DNA of 58,958 bases, counting the filler, from Catajapyx aquilonaris (taxonomy: Eukaryota): the NCBI GenBank assembly GCA_000934665.2. It is 2 parts of 2 records of this genome, joined end to end, with 100 filler letters (N's around TTAATTAATTAA, not from the genome) between each part and the next. Parts side by side here need not be neighbours in the genome. Positions count along the whole stretch, not along the records: positions 29,572 to 58,958 come from KZ539223.1; 1 more part is not named here. The stretch is one strand, 5' to 3'. Positions 40,171-51,683 of the stretch are shown piece by piece; positions within the stretch are counted from its first letter, which is position 1; each line of letters begins with the position of its first letter. The translations under genes and the position numbers were made by a program. The notes beneath the pieces are model-generated. The model saw only the letters and a program-made list of their open reading frames with translations, was not told the DNA's origin and did not search any database.

Positions 40171-40883
40171 GACCACTTCATTTGTTTCTTAGTCAAGCGG
40201 CCGTTAATTCTTTGCCACTGAAACAAGGGTACAATCATATTCAAGTCGGTTTATGGTGTCACCAGTGACCGACTAAGTTGATTCACGTTGTGTCGTAGTT
40301 GGGCTGCAGCAGTAGGGTCTGTGACCTGCTGCATCTGATCGTCCAGTTGTTGGCGTAGTTGTACGATGCCGTCGACATGAGCATTGTGTGGTCCATGTTA
40401 GGCTGGAATGCCGCATCAAGGCTTCGCCTGTTCACATTGCTTTCCTTTCGAGAACACGTCACAATAAAACGGCACAAAGAAACAAGCGAGACCAGTCATT
40501 AATAAAGAGTCGTCTTACAGCAAGTTTCTATACCTACATACAAAGTTCCGGGAGACCTAAAAATTGTTTATGTGCTCTTTAAAAATCATATCTGACAATG
40601 AAATTTTGCATTATTTTAAGGTAAAAAAAGTGAATTATATGTTAAATTAAAGCGCCAGTATCAGAATGGGGGATGGGCGGGGGTTGCAAAGAGCCATTAT
40701 GTTGAGGCTGGTTCTGATGTAAGGGTGTGAAGGCATTGGCAGCTTCAACGTCTGACAAACCCCCACGACGTTCACCACGGCGAAGGTTCCGTCTGCCATT
40801 CCTTCCACAGGGGACGTACTGCGAGTAACCACTTCGAATCAGTAATGCAGTTCAATTTTCATACTTGCATTGCCAATTTTTGT

Positions 40884-40959
40884 TTGTAGCCCCTGTACGC
40901 CTAAACAGCTGTTTCGCCTTGGCAAGGCTCTTCAGAGGTGCTAACCTCAGGGACTGCAA
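40884..40959 (-). ncRNA. Minimal type I hammerhead ribozyme (HHR-A)
   Basis: On -: gcacct-CTGAAGA-gcctt gcc aaggc-GAAA-cagctg-TT-taggcgt. Palindromic ACAGCTGT stem III and an extended outer stem; stem I has one extra U. Confidence 0.7.
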
Positions 40960-41859
40960 CCCTGCCATACTCCACGGCTGCGGCAACCCGACGTAGGATT
41001 GTTGTTGAATATCTACAGCCCCATCTTGCATTGGATGAACGTGTATGGTTTGAGTATTCTGCTGCGGTGGTGATTGGACCACGCTGCGCTGTCCCAGATC
41101 AGTATACCCAGTTTGGTAATCAATGACATCTTGTTGTACTGGATGAACGGTTAAGTATGTTGCCTCCTCTTGCAATTTTGGTGTCGTATTACGTTGACCC
41201 CAATTGTACGGTCGATAACTCTGATTTTGTCTTACAGCACGACTTGGCGTTCCGGCCCCAGTCTTTATAATTTCCTCCTCTGGGCTGTTGCCATGTACGC
41301 TGGTATCGGCGTTGGGCCTGAGATTGTCCACTGGTACCTCCAGCTGGTGCACCCTGTGTGGTGCTGTGTGTCACGCCAATCGCCATGAATTACGCCTTTG
41401 CTCCATCAATTCGAAGTTACGTGTAGCTAATATGGTACCTCCTATTCAGTCGATTAGGCAGGTGTTCTCGCTTTGGGCGCCATTGCCTGTCAATGTATTC
41501 CTTAACTTTAAATGTGGAATACTCGCTCATACTTTGCTACAGCTGCAACATCCACCACTTTCTCCCACTCATGTGCCATGCTCTGTTTAATCCCATGAAA
41601 TATGTCGATATGCTGATTAAACAATAAGCCTGTCCAATCCATGCTGACATGACGAAACAATGCCTCACCAATTTTCCAGACTGCATTGCTCAGTTCGTGT
41701 AGGTTTGGGATCTACTGTCCGGCATGGGGCTCTGCTACGTACAGAGGTTGTAAGGCTGCTATCCTCCTCTCCATGTCGTCCTATTGATTACAATATAGGG
41801 CTCGGCGCTCTAACCTGAGAAGAGGGAGTTGACTGGCTACGCCCCCTTCTGCCCACCCA

Positions 41860-41940
41860 CTACCGCCCCAGACGTCACCAAATACTGTATCCCTCCGCCA
41901 CCCGGAGAGAGCGGGTAAGAGGCACGGAGCCACGTCTTTT
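41860..41940 (-). mobile_element. Possible LTR 3' end plus primer-binding site
   Basis: On -: ...GGATACA gtatt TGGTGACGTC. Confidence 0.35.
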
Positions 41941-42489
41941 GTTAGTCCTGGAAGTATGACCTGTCCTAAATGTCACTTGAGCTTCAAATATTATTCACTT
42001 CTGGTAATGCAAGGAGGCCTTCATAATTAGCTCAGCTTTCCCAGTGGTTTTTTTAAAGTCACTGTATCTACCTTTCTTTCATAGATTGCTTCCTAAAAAT
42101 CATAAAAAATACATCTTCTGTCATGTTGCCAATTTATTCACAATTCATTGCCTAGAAGTATCATGCAAGAGCAAAATCAAATCAGAAATGACATATTATG
42201 TTGAGGATTTCATAGCGATTGCCTGACCATCTCTTCTTTATTCTCACAAGTTACTTATTAGATCTACAAGTCCTACGATGCATTTCGCTTCCTTTCTTGC
42301 TTGCTCTGAAGCAACCGCAAGTAGCACGTTGAAAAGCTGGTGCTTGGAGTATTGCGGTTGGTTGCTTCCTTCCTCGCTCTGAATCAGCTGTCAGGCAGGA
42401 CCAGCTGAAACAAACACAAGCGGCACGATGAAAATCTGGTGTGGATACCTGCCCGAAGCATTGCGTTTCCTTCCTTCCTCGCTCGGATT

Positions 42490-43240
42490 CAGCTTACCTC
42501 CAACAGTGAATACCAGTGGCTGTACTCGCTCCTCACATGCAACCTCTATGCTCCAGTCCTCTTCACGCATCCTATTTACATGCTCCACATACTTCCTCCA
42601 GTCTTCTGGCTTCACACAGGCGATAGCTTCCTCCCACACCGCCCTGGTGTTGGCCTCCCCAAAATTGCTCTGACATGCCACATGACCATTGTAATACCAC
42701 TTCAACTTGGACCATACATTCTCAATTGGATTATAATGGCAGTGGTAAGGGGGAAGCCGCACTATTTCATGGCCTTCCCTCGCCAGCAATTCATCGATCA
42801 CGTATTTCCGGTAGTGAGGCTTGTGGGGGACAGCCAAGGAGTACAGCTCTTTCTTCAGGTGATTACCAGGGGGCAGCAGGTTCTTCTCCAGCCACTTCCG
42901 GATCCTCTCCTTTCGCCACTGCTGGGTGGGCAACTCCTCTTCCTGCGTGGAATGGTAAGCAGCATTGTCCGTGACAATAAGGCATCTTGATTTTGGTAGG
43001 TTTGGGATGAGCTGCTCCTTAACCCACCGAAGGAAAGTGTGTCCATTCATGTCCCCGTGGTAATCACCTGTAGACCTGCTGGATTGAAAAATCAAGGATG
43101 CCCCTTTCACAAACCCCTTGGCTCCACAAGCATGCCGCTTGGTACATATCTGCAGCCCATCGTGTCCGTCGCCCTCTGCCACTTTTTCACAATATGACTC
43201 AGTTGCTGATGTCCAGTACACTTTGGAAGAGTCCACCTCC
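42490..43240 (-). pseudogene. IS630/Tc1-superfamily transposase fragment with long D-E spacing (Sailor-like, DD81E)
   Basis: GDYHGDMN, IVTDNAAYHS and RLPPYHCHYNPIENVW; I count 81 residues between the second D and the E. Confidence 0.8.
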
Positions 43241-43242
43241 AT

Positions 43243-44002
43243 TTGCCGGTCAGGTCCGGTGCCGGTTTCTTCAGGGGCGTGTCTTCATATGGCCTCAGGT
43301 GGTGGCCATCCTCCAGTATGTTGTCCTGAATTATTTGGAACAGCTGGGCTAATCCCGTTGCTATGAGCGGAGATGGATACTTCCTTCTGATTAATTGTAC
43401 GAGCGTCTCCAGGCCTGAGATTAGTGCACCTGTAGCAATGGCTATGAAAACATGGTCTGAGTGCAAGCTCTCACATGCTGTCACATAGGCCGTCATGGCC
43501 GTAGGTTTGGTATAATGTACAGTTTGTGTCTCTTGTGTCTAGAAATATGTGTGTATCCAAGAATGGTGCATGTGTTCTTCTGTCGTGTACCGTTGCTGTC
43601 AAGTGTTTGTTGTGTATTTTTTCTTGCAATTCCATCATTGTGTGTTCCGTGGTGACAAGGAGTATGTCATCTAAAAATCTCGTGTAAGTGTGTACTTGCG
43701 ACTCATTCTGACTCATGAAATTTACTTCTAATTCATTCAGAAAAATGCCAACCAGTATAGTGGTGAGCAACTAGACCCCATGGCCCCATGGCTATCCCTT
43801 TGCTTTGTCTATAAAGGTCTTGGCCAAACCAAAAATAGTTGGCTTCAAAGAACATGTCCAACAGCCTTTCCATAATGGATGGTGTAAAATACCTGGTTTC
43901 TTCGTGAGCTTGGTGCCAAAATGTGTATAACCTCATGACTGTGTCTTTCAGTAGCTGGCGTTCTATGTTAGGGCACATCGCATCAATGTCTATTGTAAAT
44001 AT
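43243..44002 (-). pseudogene. Penelope-like RT catalytic and thumb fragment, no GIY-YIG visible
   Basis: IDIDAMCPNI, NYFWF...YRQSKGIAMG, RFLDDI, PFLD and SLH...RKYPSPLI, with frameshifts. Confidence 0.8.
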
Positions 44003-44499
44003 CTACATAGTAAATTATCTACATTTGCACTTTGATCATCGGCGCCATGAATCATGTGGCATTTGTTCGCTGCGTCTGCTAACAATGTTTTCATGTGATT
44101 ATTTTCGCCAGCTAACTTTTGCAAATCATTGAGCAATGGAAAGTGATCTGTTATTTTTGACTGTCCGGGGATAGGCTTGAGCTTGCACAACTTACGCAAT
44201 CCCCGCTGTAGTCTTGAGTAGCGGTCATCTTGCCACTTTGATCTTTCTTCGGATTTTCCCATCACAGTTGATGCTGGCTCATTTCTGAAGGAATCTGGCT
44301 CGGAGGCACGGAAGATGGCACTTGAGGGACTGCTGCCTCCTGGACATCCCCCGCCAACCGAAAATTTGTAGGGACCAATGCAGGGACGTTGATCATTGAT
44401 GATCTGGGCTGGTTGAGGCTTATGTCTGGTTCTTTATCTTGGGCAAGATCTTGGGAGAATGGTGTTACACTGTTTGTATTTTCTGTTCTAGCTATTACA

Positions 44500-44960
44500 A
44501 TACACAAAATGGTGTGGTAAATACAGAGCAAACACACTGCACGTCCTTTTCGTTCTACACACTATACCACACTAAAAAGAACCAAAAAAAAGGGGCGTGG
44601 GAAGACCAAAACAGCTCGGTTCCCACTAACAAAAAAAAAGGAAACAGTTCACCTCCTTGCCACAAGGTGTCAGTAACGGGCAAACAAAAAGTAAGTGCGC
44701 CAAAAGCAAATGCGTGCCACCAGTAAACATACCGCCCACCAAAATTGACGTATTTTCCGAATAAGACATAAATGATATAAGAACATGCTCACATCTTATT
44801 GACTAGCAAAAGGCAAGAGGCAAATCTTGACCACAGGTCTTTTAAATGTAGAGTCTCGGCTTCGCACAGTAACTACGCGCTTCACCAGGCTTAGACCCTT
44901 GATGATCCAGAAACGCCGTCTTATAACGGAAAGGAGTAGCTGGGGCCGGCATGTAATAGG
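44500..44960 (-). mobile_element. BEL/Pao integrase remnants, PPT and start of the 3' LTR
   Basis: PQLLLSVIRRRFWIIKG is fused to VTVRS...FKRPVVKICLLP. PPT GGTGGGCGGTA is followed by TGT at 44729. Confidence 0.75.
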
Positions 44961-45039
44961 CGAAGATGCAGATACCGAATTCATCAGATCAACCAAATCC
45001 TTTTATATGCAAAAGTGTAATCAAAGTCAATTCTGAGTA

Positions 45040-46130
45040 ATTATGAGAACTGCATGAGAGTCGCTTCTGAACCTCTGCACCCGCAGTGGCATAAAATGCC
45101 AGACACTTGCGCCTCACTTCACTTGCTCCATCACATGGGAAGGTAGTCAGGAGCTTCTCGCATTCTGGACCAAGGTACACCGACTCGAGTGGCAGGAAGT
45201 CTGACGGATGCAACAGTGCACTGTCACTGGCACTCTTCAGGGCTGACCCACGCACAAATCTTTTGGCACAACTGCATAAACAGCTTCTGGGAGGCATCGG
45301 CCAGTTTGTGTACCAAGATCTTCCTACCAAGGAATAGGGCATTGAATGCGTTGGTGAAGTTCAGAGCGTACTTCAGGGGGGGTATATGCTTTATTGTAAT
45401 TGTTCTGTAGCTCCTGAAGGATGATTTCTGCTGACTTGAGCTTGCCCTCTTTCATGACGCTGGCACCATCACTTGCTACTCCAACTATGTTTGTCATTGG
45501 CACATCCTTTTCCTTCAACATTTCCGTGAAGGCAGTTAATATATCTTCTGCGGAGCATCTGCTGGGATCTAGTGGCATAAGATCGAGCAAATCAGTGCGC
45601 ACTCGCCCATTTTGTGGTGAGACATAACGTACCAACACACACAAGTATTTTTTCAAAGATATAGATCTGTTCTTTCGTCAATTAGGATTGAAAACTTTGC
45701 CTTCCTCACATTGTCACAAGTTTCCTCCTGTTCCACTTTCTCTAACAGATACGTGCATTTGCTTCGCTTCATTGACAAATCCTGTGCAATTTTTGAATCT
45801 GGAAATGCTGATTTGAGCACAGGGACCAAGAGTGGTCCACAACTTGTATAATGCAACATTGTGCTCNNNNNNNNNNNNNNNNNNNNNNNNNNNNNAACCC
45901 GATTTCAGCCTTTTTCACCTTGTCCCGATGTTGTTCCTCCTGCCTTGACTGCACACTAGTTGTCAAGAACCCACTAATTGAAGGACTGCTTTTCACAGCC
46001 CTGACTTTCACTTGGTGATTCTTCCCCAATGAATGTTTCTCTATTTCACTTTTCCCGTAGCAAATTGAGACACCACGGGCAGGACATTTACACTTTAATT
46101 TGTTGTCCGGATCAGGTTTAAGCCAGGCTT
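45040..46130 (-). pseudogene. hAT transposase fragment (ZNF862/ZBED-like)
   Basis: AFPDSKIA, FSILIDERTD, KYLCVLVRY and GVASDGASVM. Confidence 0.75.
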
Positions 46131-46199
46131 TGAACTTGCAATTGTTTCAAATGTTCTGCGAATAGTGACTTGTCGTTCTCTGACAGCTCTTCTCCAGTG

Positions 46200-46760
46200 G
46201 CACGAAGAAAATTTGAGAAATTAGGAAAGGTCTCCTCATATTTTCCATTCAGTATACGCTGACGCCACAACTCCCAACTCCCAACTTTTTCATCGTTGGT
46301 TCTATCTTGTCTTCAACTAAAAAGACGGTTACTTTTTCTCCTTGAAGACTTAAGTTCAGATGATTCACATGGACGAAGATATCTGATAAGTATGCTTACT
46401 TGACTAGCCAGGGAAAATCATTCAAACGATCGCTGAGATGAAATTGCTTATCCAAGAGAAATATTCTTATTTCGTCTTTCAATTCCCAGAATCGAGACAA
46501 CACTACTTCTGGACAGCCAGCGAACTTCACAGTGAAGCAAAAGTTGATGATATTCACTGTCCATTTCCTTGCAGAGCTGCCCAAAAAGTCTTGAATTCAG
46601 TGACTTGCTTTTTACGAAATTGACAATTTTCACTGATTCATTTAAAGTCTGCTTAAGCTCTTCAGGTATCTTCTTAGCCACTAGTTCTTCCCTGTGTAAG
46701 CAGCAATGGAACCATGTTGCCGACCCCGATTTCTTTTATTCGTGCTTGCAAGTCCAGTAA
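46200..46760 (-). pseudogene. hAT Buster/Charlie-type transposase fragment
   Basis: WFHCCLHREELVAK, LNSRLF, LLLHCEVRWLS and AYLSDIF. Confidence 0.85.
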
Positions 46761-46764
46761 GTCT

Positions 46765-48481
46765 GGATTAAATAGTCTGTATTTAACGAAATGCATCAAA
46801 GGTCTAAGAACAAACAGCAGTATATCATTAACCCTACAAGTAATAGACTTCATGCCCTGTATTATGGGTCGCATTGTGAGTTCTGACACATCCTTTTTAA
46901 TTTTATGCAATTTAGGCATAGTATACAACAGTGGTACCACATATTTCTGTCCATATGGATTTTCCTCCTTATCATACAGCACGTGTTTCTTACTTAAAAA
47001 CGTCTCCACATCCCTATTCCGTTTAAGCAGAGGTTTAATTTCGGGTAATATTTTAATCATGTCACCATGAATTCTTTCGAGTGTATTTTCAAACCACTCT
47101 TTGCATCCTAAAATATGTCCCATTCTAATATATGACCCAGAATAATAGTTTTTTCAATATACAGTTCCGAATCCATAATGGTTAGGCCGGGTTAGGCCCA
47201 CGTTTTTATCACCCATTTTAATAACGATTTCGTTTCCATTAAATTTCTCTAACCATCCCTCAGCCTCAATTTGAGCCTTGGGTTTTAGCAAGGGGCACCC
47301 TCGTAGGGCAGCATTTACCCATAATTGTTGCTTAATTTGGCCCATAATTTGTCGTTCAGGGTACTTAGGAGGAAATTTATCATATCCTCCGACCTTCTCA
47401 TTGAATAATTTATTTTTTTTACCCCCCTGGATATTTCCACGTGATTCAGGTTTCTGCTCACTTTGTCTGACAGCGTCTGCAACCCAATGATGCTCCAGAT
47501 GATTTAAGCAAGTGTTCAATTGTTCATAATTCACATAATTATGGTCAATATGTTTAACTCTTCTCTCCAAGTATTGCATAACTGTCGTAGGTATAAATAC
47601 GCTCGACAGATTTGTACTTGAAAAGTTTGCTAATGCAATATTCCTTTTCGGATGCAATTCCAGAGTTTCATTGGTATTCATGAGGTTGTCATAAATTTCC
47701 ATAATGTTTTTAATACCCAACAAATTACATAGTGTTAAATTTTGGTGTGAAATCATTTCAGCACCTGCCATTATCGTTTTATTTTCCAACTTTGGCCACT
47801 TTATCAGTTTTTTTGGGCCAGCCCATCCATATCTACAAGGCTGTATTCCTGCCATTTATTCAGAGAATGCACTTTATTTCCAGCTTTGAAAAATTTGTTA
47901 AACCCATTATCCCAACATAATTGCATCAAATGATCTACATCCCTTTTCCTGGGAACAGGTATATTGGCAACTCCACATTCCTGAATCAAGTGATTAAGTT
48001 TTCGATCCCTCTCTTGGCACAACAATTTTAATTTTTCCCCTGGCAACAGTTTTTCATCAACCCTCGACATAAGTCCATATCCTAGTTGTAAAGGATCCAG
48101 TTGTTTAAAAAATTGACCCAGTAATCTCTCACGTTTGTCACTTGCTGACTGAGACTGTCTTCCATCATCCCCTGCATCATCAACGTCCTCAGCCTCAGTC
48201 ACTGCTCCAGTGTTTCCATGGACCCTCGTCCCGGCTGCCATCTGTCCTGCTCCAGAAGCTTGAGTTGCGCCAGCTGTTCGTTGCACATCATCCATTGCGG
48301 GAATGGCCTCCACGACTTCCATCAGCTGACTGTCCACATTTAATGGATCTTCAAACTGTCCTGCCACTGAAGGAGCACCAGGTGCGTTGATACCGGAGTT
48401 GTCTCCACCCTCATTGTATTGGCCTCTCCCACCTCTCATTCCTCTTGGCATCGCCCTCCCTCTCCCTCCAGGTGATGTCAT
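46765..48481 (-). mobile_element. Penelope-like (Athena/Terminon-like) element copy 1: ORF1 (48481-47804), -1 frameshift, RT N-terminal half
   Basis: RGG-rich ORF1; IVIKMGDKNVG, LYTMPKLHK and MRPII PLE RT motifs; slippery site at 47807-47813. Confidence 0.8.
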
Positions 48482-49004
48482 CTGTCTCAGTAAGGATAGG
48501 TCTGGGATCTTTGTTCGAGTACAGGTTGTAATGGTGGATTACTGATGTTTTGAGGGTGAAGGGGTACTTGGTTGCCAGTAAACTGGACATTAGGTGGTGG
48601 TGGATTGTTTCCAAGTTGGGGATATTGATTAGGTGGGTTACTGGCAGGGCGGGGGCCTTGAGGATTATACTGGGGGTAGTTGGTTGCTCGATTGGTTTGG
48701 TCAGTCCTCTGCCTTCCACTTCAATTCATTTTTCACTAATTAATGATTAATTAGTGCTAATTAATTAATTTTGGGAGATAAGGAGTTGAATGGGACGGGT
48801 TAGGAGAAAATCGGCAGGTTGGTTTGGACTTAAAAAATGTTTGAAGAATTCTTGGTTGGACATGGTTTTGGAGGGGGGTTGGGACAACTGTCCTCTTTAG
48901 ATTTTAAGGCTTAAGGTGCTGTTTTGGTAAAAGGTCTGTTTGTTGACGGTAGGGCTTGGTACGTTAAGGTAGGGTACGTCGCAGTATGGGGGGTCGGTTC
49001 TTTT

Positions 49005-49035
49005 GGTAGGTTAGGTTAGGTTGGGTGAGGATAGG
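49005..49035 (+). repeat. Short degenerate (TTAGG)n tract
   Basis: GGTAGG TTAGG TTAGG TTGGG TGAGG ATAGG. Confidence 0.55.
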
Positions 49036-49060
49036 AAAAGTAAGGTAATGAGGTTATGCG

Positions 49061-49465
49061 TTAGGTCCTGGAGCGACCGGGTGGGAGGCACGTATGAATA
49101 TTTTCGAAGTGTTCCTTCCTTGGCGAGGGATGTTTACCACCCCGACCGGCGGCCACCTGCTTCCTCGTTGGTGGACCTCCTCCGCCCATCGTCTGACGAT
49201 CTGCGTCTTCTCTGCGGTACCGATCAATCTCCTCACGGACCCGTGTTTGCCCTTCCCTAGGGAGGCGGGAAAAGAGCTCCTCTCTACTCTTCCTTGTGCG
49301 GGCAAGCAACTCCCTTCTTTGCTTATACAGAATGGTGGTCATCTCCACACTCGCCACCCGCACAAATGCGTCCAGCTCGTTCCAATCTGTATTTGGCAGC
49401 AGATCCAGATTCGGGACATAGTGGTCTGGATGCAGGTGCAGCGTATGCACCGGGTCCCCAGCCAT
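49061..49465 (-). CDS. Helical, charged ORF of unknown function, probably a PLE accessory or N-terminal domain
   Basis: 134-aa open frame with a coiled-coil-like stretch, lying between a TTAGG tract and an HHR. Confidence 0.35.
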   Translation of the reverse strand: MAGDPVHTLHLHPDHYVPNLDLLPNTDWNELDAFVRVASVEMTTILYKQRRELLARTRKSREELFSRLPREGQTRVREEIDRYRREDADRQTMGGGGPPTRKQVAAGRGGKHPSPRKEHFENIHTCLPPGRSRT

Positions 49466-49600
49466 GAGGCTCCTGACCTCATCGTCAGGTTAAGTTATTA
49501 AATAATGCCCAGGGCACGGCAGGATGAAGTAAAATAATCAAGGCATCATTTGCTCAGGCGATATATATATTGTCCAACAAATGCTTGCAGTTGTCCTCCT

Positions 49601-49655
49601 TATCTAGCACCTTACGCGTTTCACCCTATAAGGGCTCATCAGAGATGCTTGGTAT
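49601..49655 (-). ncRNA. Minimal type I hammerhead ribozyme (HHR-B)
   Basis: On -: agcatct-CTGATGA-gccct tat agggt-GAAA-cgc-GTA-aggtgct. 7-bp stem I and palindromic ACGCGT stem III. Confidence 0.85.
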
Positions 49656-49987
49656 ACTTTAAGTATGAGAGGCAGGACACTGCAAGCATGCTACAACTGC
49701 CGACATCTTTGAGCAAGGTTAGGTTAGAAATTAAAAACAAGCCGGTTGGCTACCAGGCAGGTCCCGAAGCAAGGCCCGATCACAGGGGCGTACGCCTTTC
49801 TTCCGCCGTGCCAAGGCGTAGCGGGCTTGTGTGTACCGGACCGGTCCCTCTACCAGTCCGGGCCAGAGGTAATAAGAGGAATATGTTTGCCGGAAAGAAT
49901 AGACGCTAAGGCCAGATATACAGTTTTATGAGAGTTTATTGGTATATTTCCAAACACTTTTCAATAACAGATTTCCACACTAGAATT

Positions 49988-50043
49988 GGCCGGGTTCCGA
50001 CCGGTTTCGCTCTTGGCGAAGATACTCTTCAGGGGAAATGGCT
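49988..50043 (-). ncRNA. Minimal type I hammerhead ribozyme (HHR-C)
   Basis: On -: ttccc-CTGAAGA-gtatctt cgcc aagagc-GAAA-ccg-GTC-ggaa. Palindromic ACCGGT stem III. Confidence 0.75.
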
Positions 50044-50427
50044 TGATGTGTGGTACATAATTTTGCGTTTTTAGTAATACATTATAAGTTCCCGTAAGGC
50101 CACCGCGTGCACTCGGTTTCTTAGCCAGACAGGGGGACTTGGTTTTTATCTGGATATAATTTGTCTAGGCTTCCTCCTCATGTTGGTGAAGAATGGCTGC
50201 TCTTTCTTGTTGATTGGATTTCTCTGGCTACTTCAATGGTCGGTGTGGGAGAGGGGGGTAAGGGTATGGTTTGTTTTTTAACAACCCACGGAGGGGCGTG
50301 TGCGAGGCTCGGTGGTAGGGGGATTAACGGTACAAGTCAACGGGATTGGGATTGTAAAGGAGCGGACCAGGACTGGCCCATTTCGGAGAAGGTTGCGGCG
50401 GGGACAAGGGGGCAAGGTGAGACTCAA

Positions 50428-50817
50428 TTATAGGGTTAGGAATGCCGGGGGAGCAGGGGAAACTTTGGCGGTCGTATCAGCGTTCACCCGGTGTTGTTGG
50501 TCCCTCAGTCTAATATTGGCTGTTTGTTGGATAGCTTGGCGCTGATTGATTTGGCGCTGGAATTCCTCCATCCTTTCTTCCTGGGCAAAGTGGGCCCGGG
50601 CCAGCCTGGCCTGGCTAGCATCCTTGGCGGCCTGACCCTCTCGATGTTGGCGTCCGGCCCGGCAGCCACGTCGTCGCGGCTTCTTCCTAGGTTTGGGGAC
50701 GTCAGGCCTGGCGGTCGGGAGCGGAACCATCCGAGGTGTAGCTGGCAGACTTCTAGGCAGGAGCAGGTGCAGCGCCAAGTGTGGTTGATTTAGGCCACCC
50801 AAGTTCAGAGAGCCCAA
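50428..50817 (-). CDS. Basic, Gln-rich ORF of unknown function within the PLE chain
   Basis: 129-aa ORF (RKKPRRRGCRAGR, coiled-coil-like), co-oriented between HHR-C and HHR-D. Confidence 0.3.
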   Translation of the reverse strand: MGSLNLGGLNQPHLALHLLLPRSLPATPRMVPLPTARPDVPKPRKKPRRRGCRAGRQHREGQAAKDASQARLARAHFAQEERMEEFQRQINQRQAIQQTANIRLRDQQHRVNADTTAKVSPAPPAFLTL

Positions 50818-51085
50818 GATGGAGCTCGAAGAACTAACTCTCAGCCTCAGGTGGAAATTGGAGCTCGGTTTTGGGTGGAAGGGGGACCTCGAGCCGCAAA
50901 GTGCAATGCGTCCGAGGAGCCGGCTGCCTCTATAAGGCGCCTTGCTTTGGAGCAGGAAATTTTCCGCTCTGGATCAGCAAGGATGGATGACCTTCGAACT
51001 GCTGAATGGCCCAGTTCTAGGTATGTAATGAAAATAATAACTTCGGGATGCGCCAGAAAATAGTAATTAATTTTCACCAAACATG

Positions 51086-51150
51086 CCCTGCAGCTTACAT
51101 TGCCCGACGGCCGTTTCGCCTAAAAGGCTCATCAGGGGCCAGCTACAGGG
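51086..51150 (-). ncRNA. Minimal type I hammerhead ribozyme (HHR-D)
   Basis: On -: ccctgtagct g gccc-CTGATGA-gcct ttt aggc-GAAA-cggcc-GTC-gggc...agctgcaggg. Palindromic ACGGCCGT stem III. Confidence 0.88.
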
Positions 51151-51683
51151 TAGTACATGACTGCAACGAGGGCATTAGTACACCAAGAGACATTGTGACG
51201 AGGTAGCCTAGATCATTTGGGCCAGTTCAAAAGTTTTTTGCCTGACTGACTGTACGTTCATATTCGTTCGGAGTCTGAAGGTCTCTGAACCAAGACACAC
51301 CATGAATCCTATCAGCTGTATTAAAACAAGGTGAATAGTAATCAAAAGTGTCTTCCAATGGCCTTATCGCATCCATTTTGGAAATATCAGTCATGTGGTT
51401 CCTTTCTGCTTCTGTAAAATTAGCGACCCACCATGCTAATAGTATAAAAATATTCATGTGGCAACACTGGTTGGATATTGGTCCTTTTCCTCCCGTGAGA
51501 TCGCTCGAACCATAGCCACAAGGGCGAATATACCCTTTCGCCCTTTTTTCTCCTGACGGTGGCTGGATATTCGCCCGATGCACGTCTCGTCAGCTCGTGT
51601 TCTGTGCGAGATACCGTTTCGCCACTTTGGCATGACACGCCACTTCACCTAAATGTACAACATGGGGATGGATAATCGCCATT

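Noticed and set aside
49460..49495. Hammerhead (CTGACGA plus a TGAGG/CCTCA stem, minus strand)
   Set aside because: No GAAA follows stem II; at best a dead relic.
51560..51640. Type III hammerhead-like arrangement
   Set aside because: Stem II pairs poorly and the core positions are non-canonical.
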